From positions 1 to 43,603 of the forward strand of contig CAYTTK010000004.1 in assembly GCA_964440735.1 (NCBI GenBank): a stretch of 43,603 nucleotides of DNA, read 5' to 3'. Positions 26,359 to 34,552 of the stretch are shown here, in pieces. The notes below the pieces were generated by a model. The model saw nothing but the letters and a program-made list of their open reading frames with translations. It did not search any database and was not told the DNA's origin. The position numbers were made by a program, and so were the translations under genes. The DNA comes from an uncultured Pirellulales bacterium. GTDB lineage: Bacteria > Planctomycetota > Phycisphaerae > Sedimentisphaerales > Anaerobacaceae. Every line of letters starts with the position of its first letter. Position 1 is the stretch's first letter.

Positions 26359-27861
26359 GTGGATAACGCCGAGACAAAAAACATAAGCTCAGACCAGCAA
26401 AAAGAAGATACTGCGAATGTATTGATAGTCGGTAGCGACCCCAAGATGGCCCGACTTTTACTTGAGATTTTAGCTCGCAAGGGAATTCGTGGTCATCTGG
26501 CAGATAGTACAAAAGCCGCCTTCCACTACCTCGATAAAAACAGCTGTGACCTCATATTTACCAGCGACAGGATAAGTCCGTGTGCTGACCAGTCTTGCCA
26601 GATGCGGGATGGCTTCGAACTGCTTGACAGAATCAGAGCCAATTCACCAGAGCTTCCGGTGGTTATGATAGCAAAGGCCCAAAATGGGCAAACACAACAA
26701 CACCAAACCATCGAGACAGCCGTCAGTGCCATTAAGCAAGGCTGTTGTGATTTTCTAATTGAGCCGCTCGACCGCAAAAAGGTAGAGAACATACTGGACA
26801 GCTTTCTGCCAAATCACCGTGTATCTACGATGGCCTCTGCCTGCGAAGGCCCAAACTGCCTGTATCGAATTGTAGGCAGAAGCTCAAAGATGATTCAAAC
26901 TGTCGAACTGGCCAAGAGAATAGCACCAACTTCAGCGCCGATTTTGATAAGTGGTGAAAGTGGAACAGGCAAAGAGCTGATTTCTTTCTTAATTCATTAC
27001 AACAGTAAAAGGGCCCAGGGGCCATTCATCAAAGTTAATTGCGCAGCATTAAGTGATTCCCTTCTTGAGAGTGAGTTATTTGGTCACGAGAAAGGTGCTT
27101 TCACCGGTGCCTATAATAAGCGCAAAGGCAGATTTGAAATGGCACATGGGGGGACACTGCTGCTGGATGAAATTACCGAAACACCCATAAAATTTCAGGC
27201 CACTCTGCTGCGGGTGCTTGAACATCAGGGCTTTGAGCGTGTCGGCGGAAACGAAAATGTTAGAGTCAATATTCGAATAATAAGCACCACTAATAAAGAT
27301 TTATTACAGGAAGTTCGACAAGGCCGATTCCGCAAGGACCTTTACTATCGGCTAAGCGGAGTGAGATTAGTTATCTCACCTTTGAAGAAACGTGAGGAAG
27401 ATATAACCGACCTTGTGTGGTATTTTGTTAACCTATATGCTCGTGAGGCGCAACGCCAAATCACAAAACTTGACCCTGCAATGATGGATATATTCGCCAA
27501 CTACGATTGGCCAGGCAATGTCCGCCAATTGCGTAATGTTGTGCAAACATCCTTGATTTTAGGAGTTGGACAAACCCTATCCTTAGCTGACGTCTCATGG
27601 CTCTTTGATGAATTACAACCACTACCACAGGAAAAATTAAACATATCCGATGAGGTGTGTCAGCGCGAGCAAGCAAATACCCCTCGGACGGGCCTTGGTG
27701 GAATACCTCTCAAGCAAGTGGAACAAAGAGCGATTTTAGAAACTTTGCATCAGACAGCGGGCAATCAAACAAAAGCTGCAAAGGTATTAGGCATCAGTGA
27801 CAGAACCTTGCGAGACAAGATACACCGATATCGGCAGGAAGGTTGCTTACAATTAACCTGA
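26359..27861 (+). CDS. Sigma54-dependent transcriptional activator with atypical receiver domain (FlrC/FleR-like position)
   Basis: 500 aa, GTG start. GESGTGKE. ELFGHEKGAFTGA. LLLDEITE. HTH KTKAAKVLGISDRTLRDKIHRY. The receiver-like domain has VGSD instead of DD, an insertion after the putative acceptor (DLIFTSDRISPCADQSCQMRDG), and EP instead of the conserved KP (DFLIEPL). Confidence 0.85.
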   Translation: MDNAETKNISSDQQKEDTANVLIVGSDPKMARLLLEILARKGIRGHLADSTKAAFHYLDKNSCDLIFTSDRISPCADQSCQMRDGFELLDRIRANSPELPVVMIAKAQNGQTQQHQTIETAVSAIKQGCCDFLIEPLDRKKVENILDSFLPNHRVSTMASACEGPNCLYRIVGRSSKMIQTVELAKRIAPTSAPILISGESGTGKELISFLIHYNSKRAQGPFIKVNCAALSDSLLESELFGHEKGAFTGAYNKRKGRFEMAHGGTLLLDEITETPIKFQATLLRVLEHQGFERVGGNENVRVNIRIISTTNKDLLQEVRQGRFRKDLYYRLSGVRLVISPLKKREEDITDLVWYFVNLYAREAQRQITKLDPAMMDIFANYDWPGNVRQLRNVVQTSLILGVGQTLSLADVSWLFDELQPLPQEKLNISDEVCQREQANTPRTGLGGIPLKQVEQRAILETLHQTAGNQTKAAKVLGISDRTLRDKIHRYRQEGCLQLT

Positions 27862-27899
27862 TTAAAGTGTTCTTAATAGTGTAATGATGAGGCAAGAAA

Positions 27900-28490
27900 A
27901 TGGCTGATACGGATGAGGTAAAAGAGCAAAAAGATTCAGAAGAAAAATCAGATGACAAGAAAACATCGAAAGGCGGCATTTTGTCGTGGATAATACCGGT
28001 TGTTGTGGTGGCGTTTTGTGCAGGTGCAGGTTTCGGCCTGGGTCGATTATTTGCCGGATATGTCAAAGATAAACCAGCCGCAACTTCTCAGCCTGGCACA
28101 GCAGGGCCTAATCAGGCGGAAGGTATAAAATCGGATGTGCCCGACTTAACCGGGAAAGACTCTCAAAAAAACTGGTATTATGATTTAGACCCTGTGGTCG
28201 CAAATCTTGATGAGCCCGGCGTGACACGATACATTAGGATTGCTTTAACACTACAGATAAACTCCGATGTAGATCAAAAGAAGGGTTCTGCTTTTCTTGA
28301 CGAGAAAAAGCTGCTTTTAACAAACTGGATTACTATCTATCTTGCGGGTTTAAGTATCGAAGATACTCGAGGTGATAAAAATCTTAAGCGTCTTCAATCG
28401 CAAATGTGTGATGTCTTTAACGAGAAGCTTTTTCCTGATGCAAAACCCCAAATCCGAAGCGTTCTTTTTAGGGAAATCGCTATACAATGA
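27900..28490 (+). CDS. fliL: Flagellar basal-body-associated protein FliL
   Basis: 196 aa. Single TM (WIIPVVVVAFCAGAGFGLG). YYDLDPVVANL...RYIRIALTLQ...LLLTNWITIYL matches the FliL core. Upstream of fliM. Confidence 0.85.
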   Translation: MADTDEVKEQKDSEEKSDDKKTSKGGILSWIIPVVVVAFCAGAGFGLGRLFAGYVKDKPAATSQPGTAGPNQAEGIKSDVPDLTGKDSQKNWYYDLDPVVANLDEPGVTRYIRIALTLQINSDVDQKKGSAFLDEKKLLLTNWITIYLAGLSIEDTRGDKNLKRLQSQMCDVFNEKLFPDAKPQIRSVLFREIAIQ

Positions 28491-29449
28491 GCGACATAAG
28501 TGCCAACAACTTAAACAGACAGAAGGTTCAGCAACTCCTCGCTGCCATTGGTTCCGGACCGGTAGAAGATAATACACAAGTACAAACCACCGAGTACAAT
28601 TGGCATCAGCCTCATTACTTTAGTCTTAAGCAGATAAAAAAACTTGATGATTTAGCGAAAAAATTTACAACGGCTGTAGCTGAAAAATTCGCCTGTCTTT
28701 GTCAGAGCGACTTCAATGTGGCAACTGCTTCGATTACGCAGCACTATGCCGTGGAATCTCGTAACCAAACCTCGGATAGCAAGCAAGAATATTTTTTAAT
28801 TTTTGGCAAAGACAAGACTCATCTGTGTGGGGCGGTTGGAATACCTTCCCAGACGGCGGTTATTTGGGCAAGACAATTGCTTGGTGATTCCGAAACCGAG
28901 GGCGATTCAGATAAGGATATGTCACAACTGGAAGTGTCGCTTTTGTCGGAAATCGGCTCTGGTATCGTTAAGGCTTTTTCCAGCTCTTACGAATCTTTCG
29001 ATTTTCATCCAGTGGATGGTTTTGTTAAAGGACAATTGCCCCTATTACTTAAAGGCACAGAAGAACTATGCAGAATAGAATTTAATGTGAAGAAAGCCGA
29101 CTCAGAAAAAGAATCCGCCGCATATCTTTTAATACTATGTAGCGAATTGGACACAGTGGCAGGAAAAACAGCATTTGTCGGCGGGCCGAATGCAATTTCC
29201 CCCGAAGAAGTTTCAAAAGCCATTTTGCGGCATATAGAGCAAATACAAGTTAATGTAACAGCCCAACTGGCTTCGACTCAACTTACCTTTAACCAGGTAT
29301 TAAATCTCCAGGTTGGTGACATATTGTTACTTGATAAGCGGGTTGATGAGCCAATGGAATTGATGGTTGACGGCCGAAGAGTTTATTATGGCTTGCCTGC
29401 AAAATCAGGCGACCGATATGCTGTCGTATTTACAGAAGACATAAAATGA
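28487..29449 (+). CDS. fliM: Flagellar motor switch protein FliM
   Basis: 320 aa. ATGA overlap with fliL. The middle domain is FliM-like and the C-terminus is SpoA-type (LNLQVGDILLLDKRVDEPMELMVDGRRVYYG). Confidence 0.85.
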   Translation: MSDISANNLNRQKVQQLLAAIGSGPVEDNTQVQTTEYNWHQPHYFSLKQIKKLDDLAKKFTTAVAEKFACLCQSDFNVATASITQHYAVESRNQTSDSKQEYFLIFGKDKTHLCGAVGIPSQTAVIWARQLLGDSETEGDSDKDMSQLEVSLLSEIGSGIVKAFSSSYESFDFHPVDGFVKGQLPLLLKGTEELCRIEFNVKKADSEKESAAYLLILCSELDTVAGKTAFVGGPNAISPEEVSKAILRHIEQIQVNVTAQLASTQLTFNQVLNLQVGDILLLDKRVDEPMELMVDGRRVYYGLPAKSGDRYAVVFTEDIK

Positions 29450-29625
29450 CCCGTCCGTCTTGAGAAAAATGATTACAGAACTTTTGCAAAATTATGATAA
29501 GTCACAAAATGCTAATCCGGTTACAAAACAATTAAATAACTTTTCGTTCTGGGCACAGATAAAAATTAGTTTGAACTGATGCAAGGTTCCCTCACTTTGG
29601 CTCAGAATGTTGAAAGGAGCGTTGT

Positions 29626-30027
29626 ATGGCAAAGACAGCTACAGCAGATAAAGAAAAACAAGACCAGTCGCCTAACGGTGCAAACGGCGCACAAAAAGAT
29701 GATTCGAAAAAACAGGCACAATCTGTTGAATTCGCTGAGGTTGCCCAAGGAGAATCTACCGGTCCAGGTGGCAGCATCGATATTCTGCTGGATATGAACA
29801 TACCGGTCACAGTCACTATTGGTCAGACAGAAATTCCGGTTCGAAGGCTATTACGGCTTGGGCCTGGCTCAGTCTTAAACCTTGATAAACCTATTGATGA
29901 GTCGGCAGACCTCTACCTGAAGGATACTAAGTTCGCCACTGGAAATATAGTTGAAGTGGATGGCTGGTTTGCTGTCAAAATAAATCAGATTTTGGGTGCA
30001 AAGCCGCAAAAAGCAGACGTAACATAA
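29626..30027 (+). CDS. fliN: Flagellar motor switch protein FliN
   Basis: 133 aa. Strong RBS AAAGGAG. SpoA domain ILLDMNIPVTVTIGQTEIPVRRLLRLGPGSVLNLDK. Confidence 0.9.
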   Translation: MAKTATADKEKQDQSPNGANGAQKDDSKKQAQSVEFAEVAQGESTGPGGSIDILLDMNIPVTVTIGQTEIPVRRLLRLGPGSVLNLDKPIDESADLYLKDTKFATGNIVEVDGWFAVKINQILGAKPQKADVT

Positions 30028-30066
30028 ATTTAATTCTTAGAAAAATTTGTATTGTAGAAAATCTTT

Positions 30067-32232
30067 ATGGCAGTTTCTGCACAAAATAGTTCGTCAAGAT
30101 TATCAGAGACACATCTGCGAAGCAGAGCAGATGAGAACTTACTTAATAATCCTCTGACCTCATACAGCAATATCGTTTTGGCTGTGGGAATGGTGTTTAT
30201 TCTGGCAACCCTGATAGTGCCTCTGCCCACAATTTTACTGGATATGCTCCTGGCCTGCAGTATATCTTTGGCTATAGCTGTTTTGATAGTTACTTTATCC
30301 TCAAAAGAGGCCCTTGAGCTATCTTCATTTCCTTCTCTGTTGCTTTTTGTAACGCTGTTCCGCCTCTCACTTAATGTGGCCTCAACCAGATTGATACTTC
30401 TACATGCCAATGCTGGGAAAATCATTCAGACATTTGGTGATTTTGTTGCCGGCGGCAGCTTTGTAGTCGGTCTGGTAATTTTCTTGATTCTCGTTGTTAT
30501 ACAGTTCATAGTAATAACAAAAGGCGCCGAACGAATAAGCGAAGTTTCTGCGCGGTTTACCCTTGATGCTATGCCTGGCAAGCAAATGGCAATCGACGCT
30601 GACCTTAACGCCGGAATTATTACCGAAGCCCAGGCCAACGAACGCAGAACAAAAATCGTCAAGGAAAGTGAATTCTATGGTGCTATGGATGGTGCCAGCA
30701 AATTCATCCGTGGCGACGCCAAGGCGGGACTTGTAATCACTGCAGTCAACATTATAGGCGGCATCGCTATGGGTTATACTCACGGTATGACAATTGCCGA
30801 TGCCATAAGGACTTATTCTATCCTTTCCATTGGTGATGGACTTGTTAGCCAGATACCGTCGGTAATAATCTCCATAAGTGCGGGCTTTCTGGTAACCAAA
30901 ATTTCCTCACAACACAGCGTTAGTCAGGACCTGTCCAGACAGTTTCTTAAGGAAAGCCAGCCCCTGAAGACAGCATCCCTCATCATAGCTGCAATGATTT
31001 TGGTACCCGGTCTGCCTAAGGTTCCCTTTCTGTTGCTGGCCGTTGGCACTTTTTTAATTGGACGAGTCGCGGCTCAATCTGAAAAAGACCTGCAAGGGCG
31101 TATTACTCATCCAAAAGAAAAAGCTGAGAAACAGCCGGTTGAAGAATCGTTGGATGTCGATAGGATTTCCGTGCAGGTCGGTGTGCGATTAATTGGTATG
31201 GTTGACCCTCGTAAGGACAGCACCATCTTCGATCGCATTGGGGCACTGCGAAGAAAATTTGCTCAAGAACTCGGTATCATTATCCCCTTGGTTCGCCTGC
31301 GAGATAATATCACTCTCGAACCGACTGCTTATGAAATTCGACTGTTTGACCATATAGTTGCAAAAGGACGCTTGGAGCCTGATATGTTTCTCGCTATGGA
31401 TTCCGGCAACGTCCAATCTAAAGTCGAAGGTATAAAAACAACCGAACCTGTTTATGGCCTGCCGGCTTTATGGATTACTCCAGCTAATAAAGAGAAGGCC
31501 GAATTAAACGGATACACTGTTATAGACCCGGAGTCTGTCTTTATTACCCATTTATCCGAAACGCTGCGAAAACATGCTGATGAATTGTTGACCCGCGAAG
31601 ACGTGCAGCTTCTTGTGGAGCGCCTTCGTAACACCCAACCGTCTTTGGTGGGAGAAGTTGTTGGCCTCGATAAAAATGTAACCGTTGGAATACTTCAACG
31701 TGTGCTTAAAAACCTCTTAAAGGACGGGATTCCGATTCGCGAATTAACTATTATACTTGAATCTTTGGGAGAAAACGCTGCAAAAACCAAGAATCCTGCT
31801 GGTTTAACGGAGATGGTTCGAAAGTCGTTGAGTAGAACAATTACCGAGCAGTTTCGAGATGAAAGAGGCAGGATTTCGGCCATAACCTTGGATCCCGCCC
31901 TTGAACATCAGATGGCCTCAACTTTAAGACAAGAACAGGAGACCATAACTCTTGCTCTGCCAACTGAAATTGCAATGGATATAAGCAGGAAAATCGCACA
32001 GGCCTGGAAAGCAGCAATGGATAAAGGTATTGACAAGGTAGTTTTACTGTGCGATTCGAGATTACGTGTGCCTCTGGCAGCAATGTTATCACGAATGGTG
32101 ACACTGTTATCAGTAGTAGCTTACGATGAAATCCTGCTCGGGACCGAAATAGAACCAATAGAAGCTATATCCGTCTTGCAGGCTGACTCGACTGCGCTGG
32201 AAGGGGAAGAGGTTGTTGGGGCTTTATCTTGA
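30067..32232 (+). CDS. flhA: Flagellar type III export gate protein FlhA
   Basis: 721 aa. FHIPEP-family signatures FPSLLLFVTLFRLSLNVASTRLIL and GAERISEVSARFTLDAMPGKQMAIDADLNAG, plus a large cytoplasmic C-domain. Confidence 0.95.
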   Translation: MAVSAQNSSSRLSETHLRSRADENLLNNPLTSYSNIVLAVGMVFILATLIVPLPTILLDMLLACSISLAIAVLIVTLSSKEALELSSFPSLLLFVTLFRLSLNVASTRLILLHANAGKIIQTFGDFVAGGSFVVGLVIFLILVVIQFIVITKGAERISEVSARFTLDAMPGKQMAIDADLNAGIITEAQANERRTKIVKESEFYGAMDGASKFIRGDAKAGLVITAVNIIGGIAMGYTHGMTIADAIRTYSILSIGDGLVSQIPSVIISISAGFLVTKISSQHSVSQDLSRQFLKESQPLKTASLIIAAMILVPGLPKVPFLLLAVGTFLIGRVAAQSEKDLQGRITHPKEKAEKQPVEESLDVDRISVQVGVRLIGMVDPRKDSTIFDRIGALRRKFAQELGIIIPLVRLRDNITLEPTAYEIRLFDHIVAKGRLEPDMFLAMDSGNVQSKVEGIKTTEPVYGLPALWITPANKEKAELNGYTVIDPESVFITHLSETLRKHADELLTREDVQLLVERLRNTQPSLVGEVVGLDKNVTVGILQRVLKNLLKDGIPIRELTIILESLGENAAKTKNPAGLTEMVRKSLSRTITEQFRDERGRISAITLDPALEHQMASTLRQEQETITLALPTEIAMDISRKIAQAWKAAMDKGIDKVVLLCDSRLRVPLAAMLSRMVTLLSVVAYDEILLGTEIEPIEAISVLQADSTALEGEEVVGALS

Positions 32233-32269
32233 GATATGTAATAAGAAATTTGAAATTTGGAAATCGAAT

Positions 32270-32515
32270 ATGCTATTCAATGTTCGGTCAATTGCAGTAA
32301 GCATCGCAGTGATATGCTTTTTCAGCTTGAGCTTTATCGGCTGGATTAGTGGTCTTTCTCCATTTATCTGTTGCAAAAGGGCATTGGCAGGTACAGTGCT
32401 TGCCTACATAGCAGGAATTTGGGCGGTTAAGGCAATAAACTCTATTTTGCTAAATGCGATGATTACAAACCATATGAACAAACAAAAGGAAAAAGAAATT
32501 GGCGGTAAAGGCTAA
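32270..32515 (+). CDS. Small two-TM membrane protein, unknown function
   Basis: The track ORF 32213-32515 starts at a TTG inside the flhA end. ATG 32270 (MLFNVRSIAVSIAVICFFSLSFIGW...GTVLAYIAGIWAV) is the more natural start. It occupies the slot where flhF/flhG normally lie. Confidence 0.4.
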   Translation: MLFNVRSIAVSIAVICFFSLSFIGWISGLSPFICCKRALAGTVLAYIAGIWAVKAINSILLNAMITNHMNKQKEKEIGGKG

Positions 32516-33308
32516 AAATAAGCCGGAACAACAGATTTCTGAAGATGCAAAAAAGCATCTAAACTCAGCTGCTATGCGCGCATATTCTGTTCAAAAAAAA
32601 TCCGCTCAAGTCATCGCGGATGAGCAGATAGCACAGCTGCTTCCTATGGTTCATAAAATAGCTCATCAGGTGATAACGTATCTGAAGCCCCCGTTATCAT
32701 TTGAGGATTTAGTTTCAGCTGGAACTGTTGGTTTGGTAAAAGCGGCCCGCGATTTTGACCCATCTCATCAGGCTGAATTTACGACTTATGCCTATATCAG
32801 GGTAAAAGGGGCCATTTTGGATGAGCTGAGAGGATGGTCTTTTGTGCCTGTGAATCTGAATAAACAGATTCGCAAGGCCCAGCAGCTCAGCCAGAAAATC
32901 ATCGAGCAGACAGGTGCTGCTCCTACCGATGCCGAGTTAGCTGATAAGCTTGAAATAACTCTCGATGAACTATATCAAATATTCGAAAGTGCTCGTGCCC
33001 AGCATTTTGTCTCTATAGACGGCTCTTCAGATAATGCTCCTGCATTGGGAAGTTTTTTGGCGGCTGCTGGCACAACCACTCCTTCACAGCAGATTGAGCA
33101 GGATGAGCTTATAGATAATTTAAGTAAGGCAGTTAGGGAGTTGCCCCGGAGACAGCGGCAAATTATTCTGCTTTATTACCAGCAACATCTAACGATGAAG
33201 CAAATTGCTGATGTTTTTGAAATAACCGAGTCGCGTGTCAGCCAACTGCACGCAAGTGCCATATTTAACTTATCCATAAAATTGAGGCAGTGGAAAGATG
33301 GTAGATAA
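32499..33308 (+). CDS. fliA: Flagellar sigma factor FliA (sigma28)
   Basis: 269 aa. Region 2 LVSAGTVGLVKAARDFDPSHQAEFTTYAYIRVKGAILDELR. Region 4 LTMKQIADVFEITESRVSQLHASAI. TTG start follows AAGGA; an ATG 75 nt downstream is an alternative. Confidence 0.9.
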   Translation: MAVKAKNKPEQQISEDAKKHLNSAAMRAYSVQKKSAQVIADEQIAQLLPMVHKIAHQVITYLKPPLSFEDLVSAGTVGLVKAARDFDPSHQAEFTTYAYIRVKGAILDELRGWSFVPVNLNKQIRKAQQLSQKIIEQTGAAPTDAELADKLEITLDELYQIFESARAQHFVSIDGSSDNAPALGSFLAAAGTTTPSQQIEQDELIDNLSKAVRELPRRQRQIILLYYQQHLTMKQIADVFEITESRVSQLHASAIFNLSIKLRQWKDGR

Positions 33309-33540
33309 TGATTCTATCATAATAAAACCGGTTGAAGGATTGCACAATATTGCCGGTTTGACTCCCGCCAAAGAGCGTGAGAATAGGAAACGCCGGCAGC
33401 AATTAAAACGGGCAAACGAACAAGGTTCCGATACCGAAGGTCAACCAAACGATACTACCGATGACCAGCAATTGCCCGTTGACCTAACTGAGAACGAAAA
33501 TGAGCAATCTACTTCTGACGGAATTGATTATTGTGCTTGA
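33298..33540 (+). CDS. 80-aa highly charged/acidic hypothetical protein, translationally coupled to fliA
   Basis: The ATG overlaps the fliA stop region by 11 nt. The sequence is likely disordered, with a basic patch (RENRKRRQQLKR) followed by an acidic tail. Confidence 0.4.
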   Translation: MVDNDSIIIKPVEGLHNIAGLTPAKERENRKRRQQLKRANEQGSDTEGQPNDTTDDQQLPVDLTENENEQSTSDGIDYCA

Positions 33541-33585
33541 CCTGATTTTTAACCCAGAGAAGCAAATGAAAGGATGGGATAATAA

Positions 33586-33837
33586 ATGCCAAAGTTAGCC
33601 GGACGAATCCTAAAGGCCGACGATATTAAACTTGAGGGCCAATTTCATCTTGATGTGGCGCAACAAGGACCAATACAGCAAAAAGAAAAAAGTGCAGTTT
33701 TATCTACACCACAGGTTCGTATTATGGAAAATAATTCTGAATTTGCTGTGATAGAAGTAACTTGCTGTTGTGGTTCAAAAACGTATTTAAGATGTGACTA
33801 TGCTGCTGCCCAAACTTCCGAAGGCAACCAGACGTAA
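33586..33837 (+). CDS. 83-aa hypothetical protein with Cys cluster
   Basis: Good RBS (AAAGGATGGG). C-terminal EFAVIEVTCCCGSKTYLRCDY. I recognise no family. Confidence 0.45.
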   Translation: MPKLAGRILKADDIKLEGQFHLDVAQQGPIQQKEKSAVLSTPQVRIMENNSEFAVIEVTCCCGSKTYLRCDYAAAQTSEGNQT

Positions 33838-33898
33838 AATAATGCGTTTATAATTTTTGAATGAATGTATGACAAAACAAAGTAACGGAGAGAACAAA

Positions 33899-34507
33899 AT
33901 GAACGATAAAAAAAACATATTTTTAGTAAATTCAACAATCTTAATGTTTTTTCTAACAGGCTGCTTACCCCCTCAAGAGTATACTGAAACCGCTATTTTA
34001 ACCGACGTTACAGAGGAGTCTGCCTTAGTAGGAGACAAGGCGGTCGCGACAAGATTCCAAGAATCTGCCCCTAAAAATCCTACAGCAGTAGAATCTGCGA
34101 TAGAATTGTCAGAAAAATATGCCAGACTTTCTGAAGAGTCGGCTGTATTACGGCAGAAAAATCAAAATCTTCTCACGGAAAGTCAACAACTCAAAGACCA
34201 TCTCGCAAATTATGATGCCCAGCTGCGACAGACGCAGAAAGAACTAACTGAGGCCAACAACCTTTTGATTGATATGCGTATTGAATTAAATAACTGGAAA
34301 ACTGATATCTTGGGCTTTCGAGAAGAGATGCGACAGGCCGACACAGAGCAACTGCGGGCACTAATCAACATATTAGAAATGCTCGGCGGCGAATTCAAAG
34401 TAGAACCAGCCAGGACTGAAAGAAACCCTCAAGCGTCGAAAATGAATGTAACGAACGCTGAAGGCGTAAGCTCAACCATTGTATCGCTGAACAAACCCGA
34501 TAAGTAA
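33899..34507 (+). CDS. Coiled-coil lipoprotein, unknown function
   Basis: The track ORF starts at TTG 33857. ATG 33899 follows GGAGAG. Lipobox FFLTGC, then a long heptad coiled coil (LRQKNQNLLTESQQLKDHLANYDAQLRQTQKELTEANNLLIDMRIELNNWK). Confidence 0.55.
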   Translation: MNDKKNIFLVNSTILMFFLTGCLPPQEYTETAILTDVTEESALVGDKAVATRFQESAPKNPTAVESAIELSEKYARLSEESAVLRQKNQNLLTESQQLKDHLANYDAQLRQTQKELTEANNLLIDMRIELNNWKTDILGFREEMRQADTEQLRALINILEMLGGEFKVEPARTERNPQASKMNVTNAEGVSSTIVSLNKPDK

Positions 34508-34552
34508 GATAGAGTTTAAAGAATAAAAAACTCCAATTTCAGGTGAAGAAAA

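Noticed and set aside
29579-29816. Track ORFs 29579-29797 (+) and 29592-29816 (-) overlapping the fliN start
   Set aside because: They are out of frame with or antisense to fliN, which has a strong RBS and a conserved SpoA domain.
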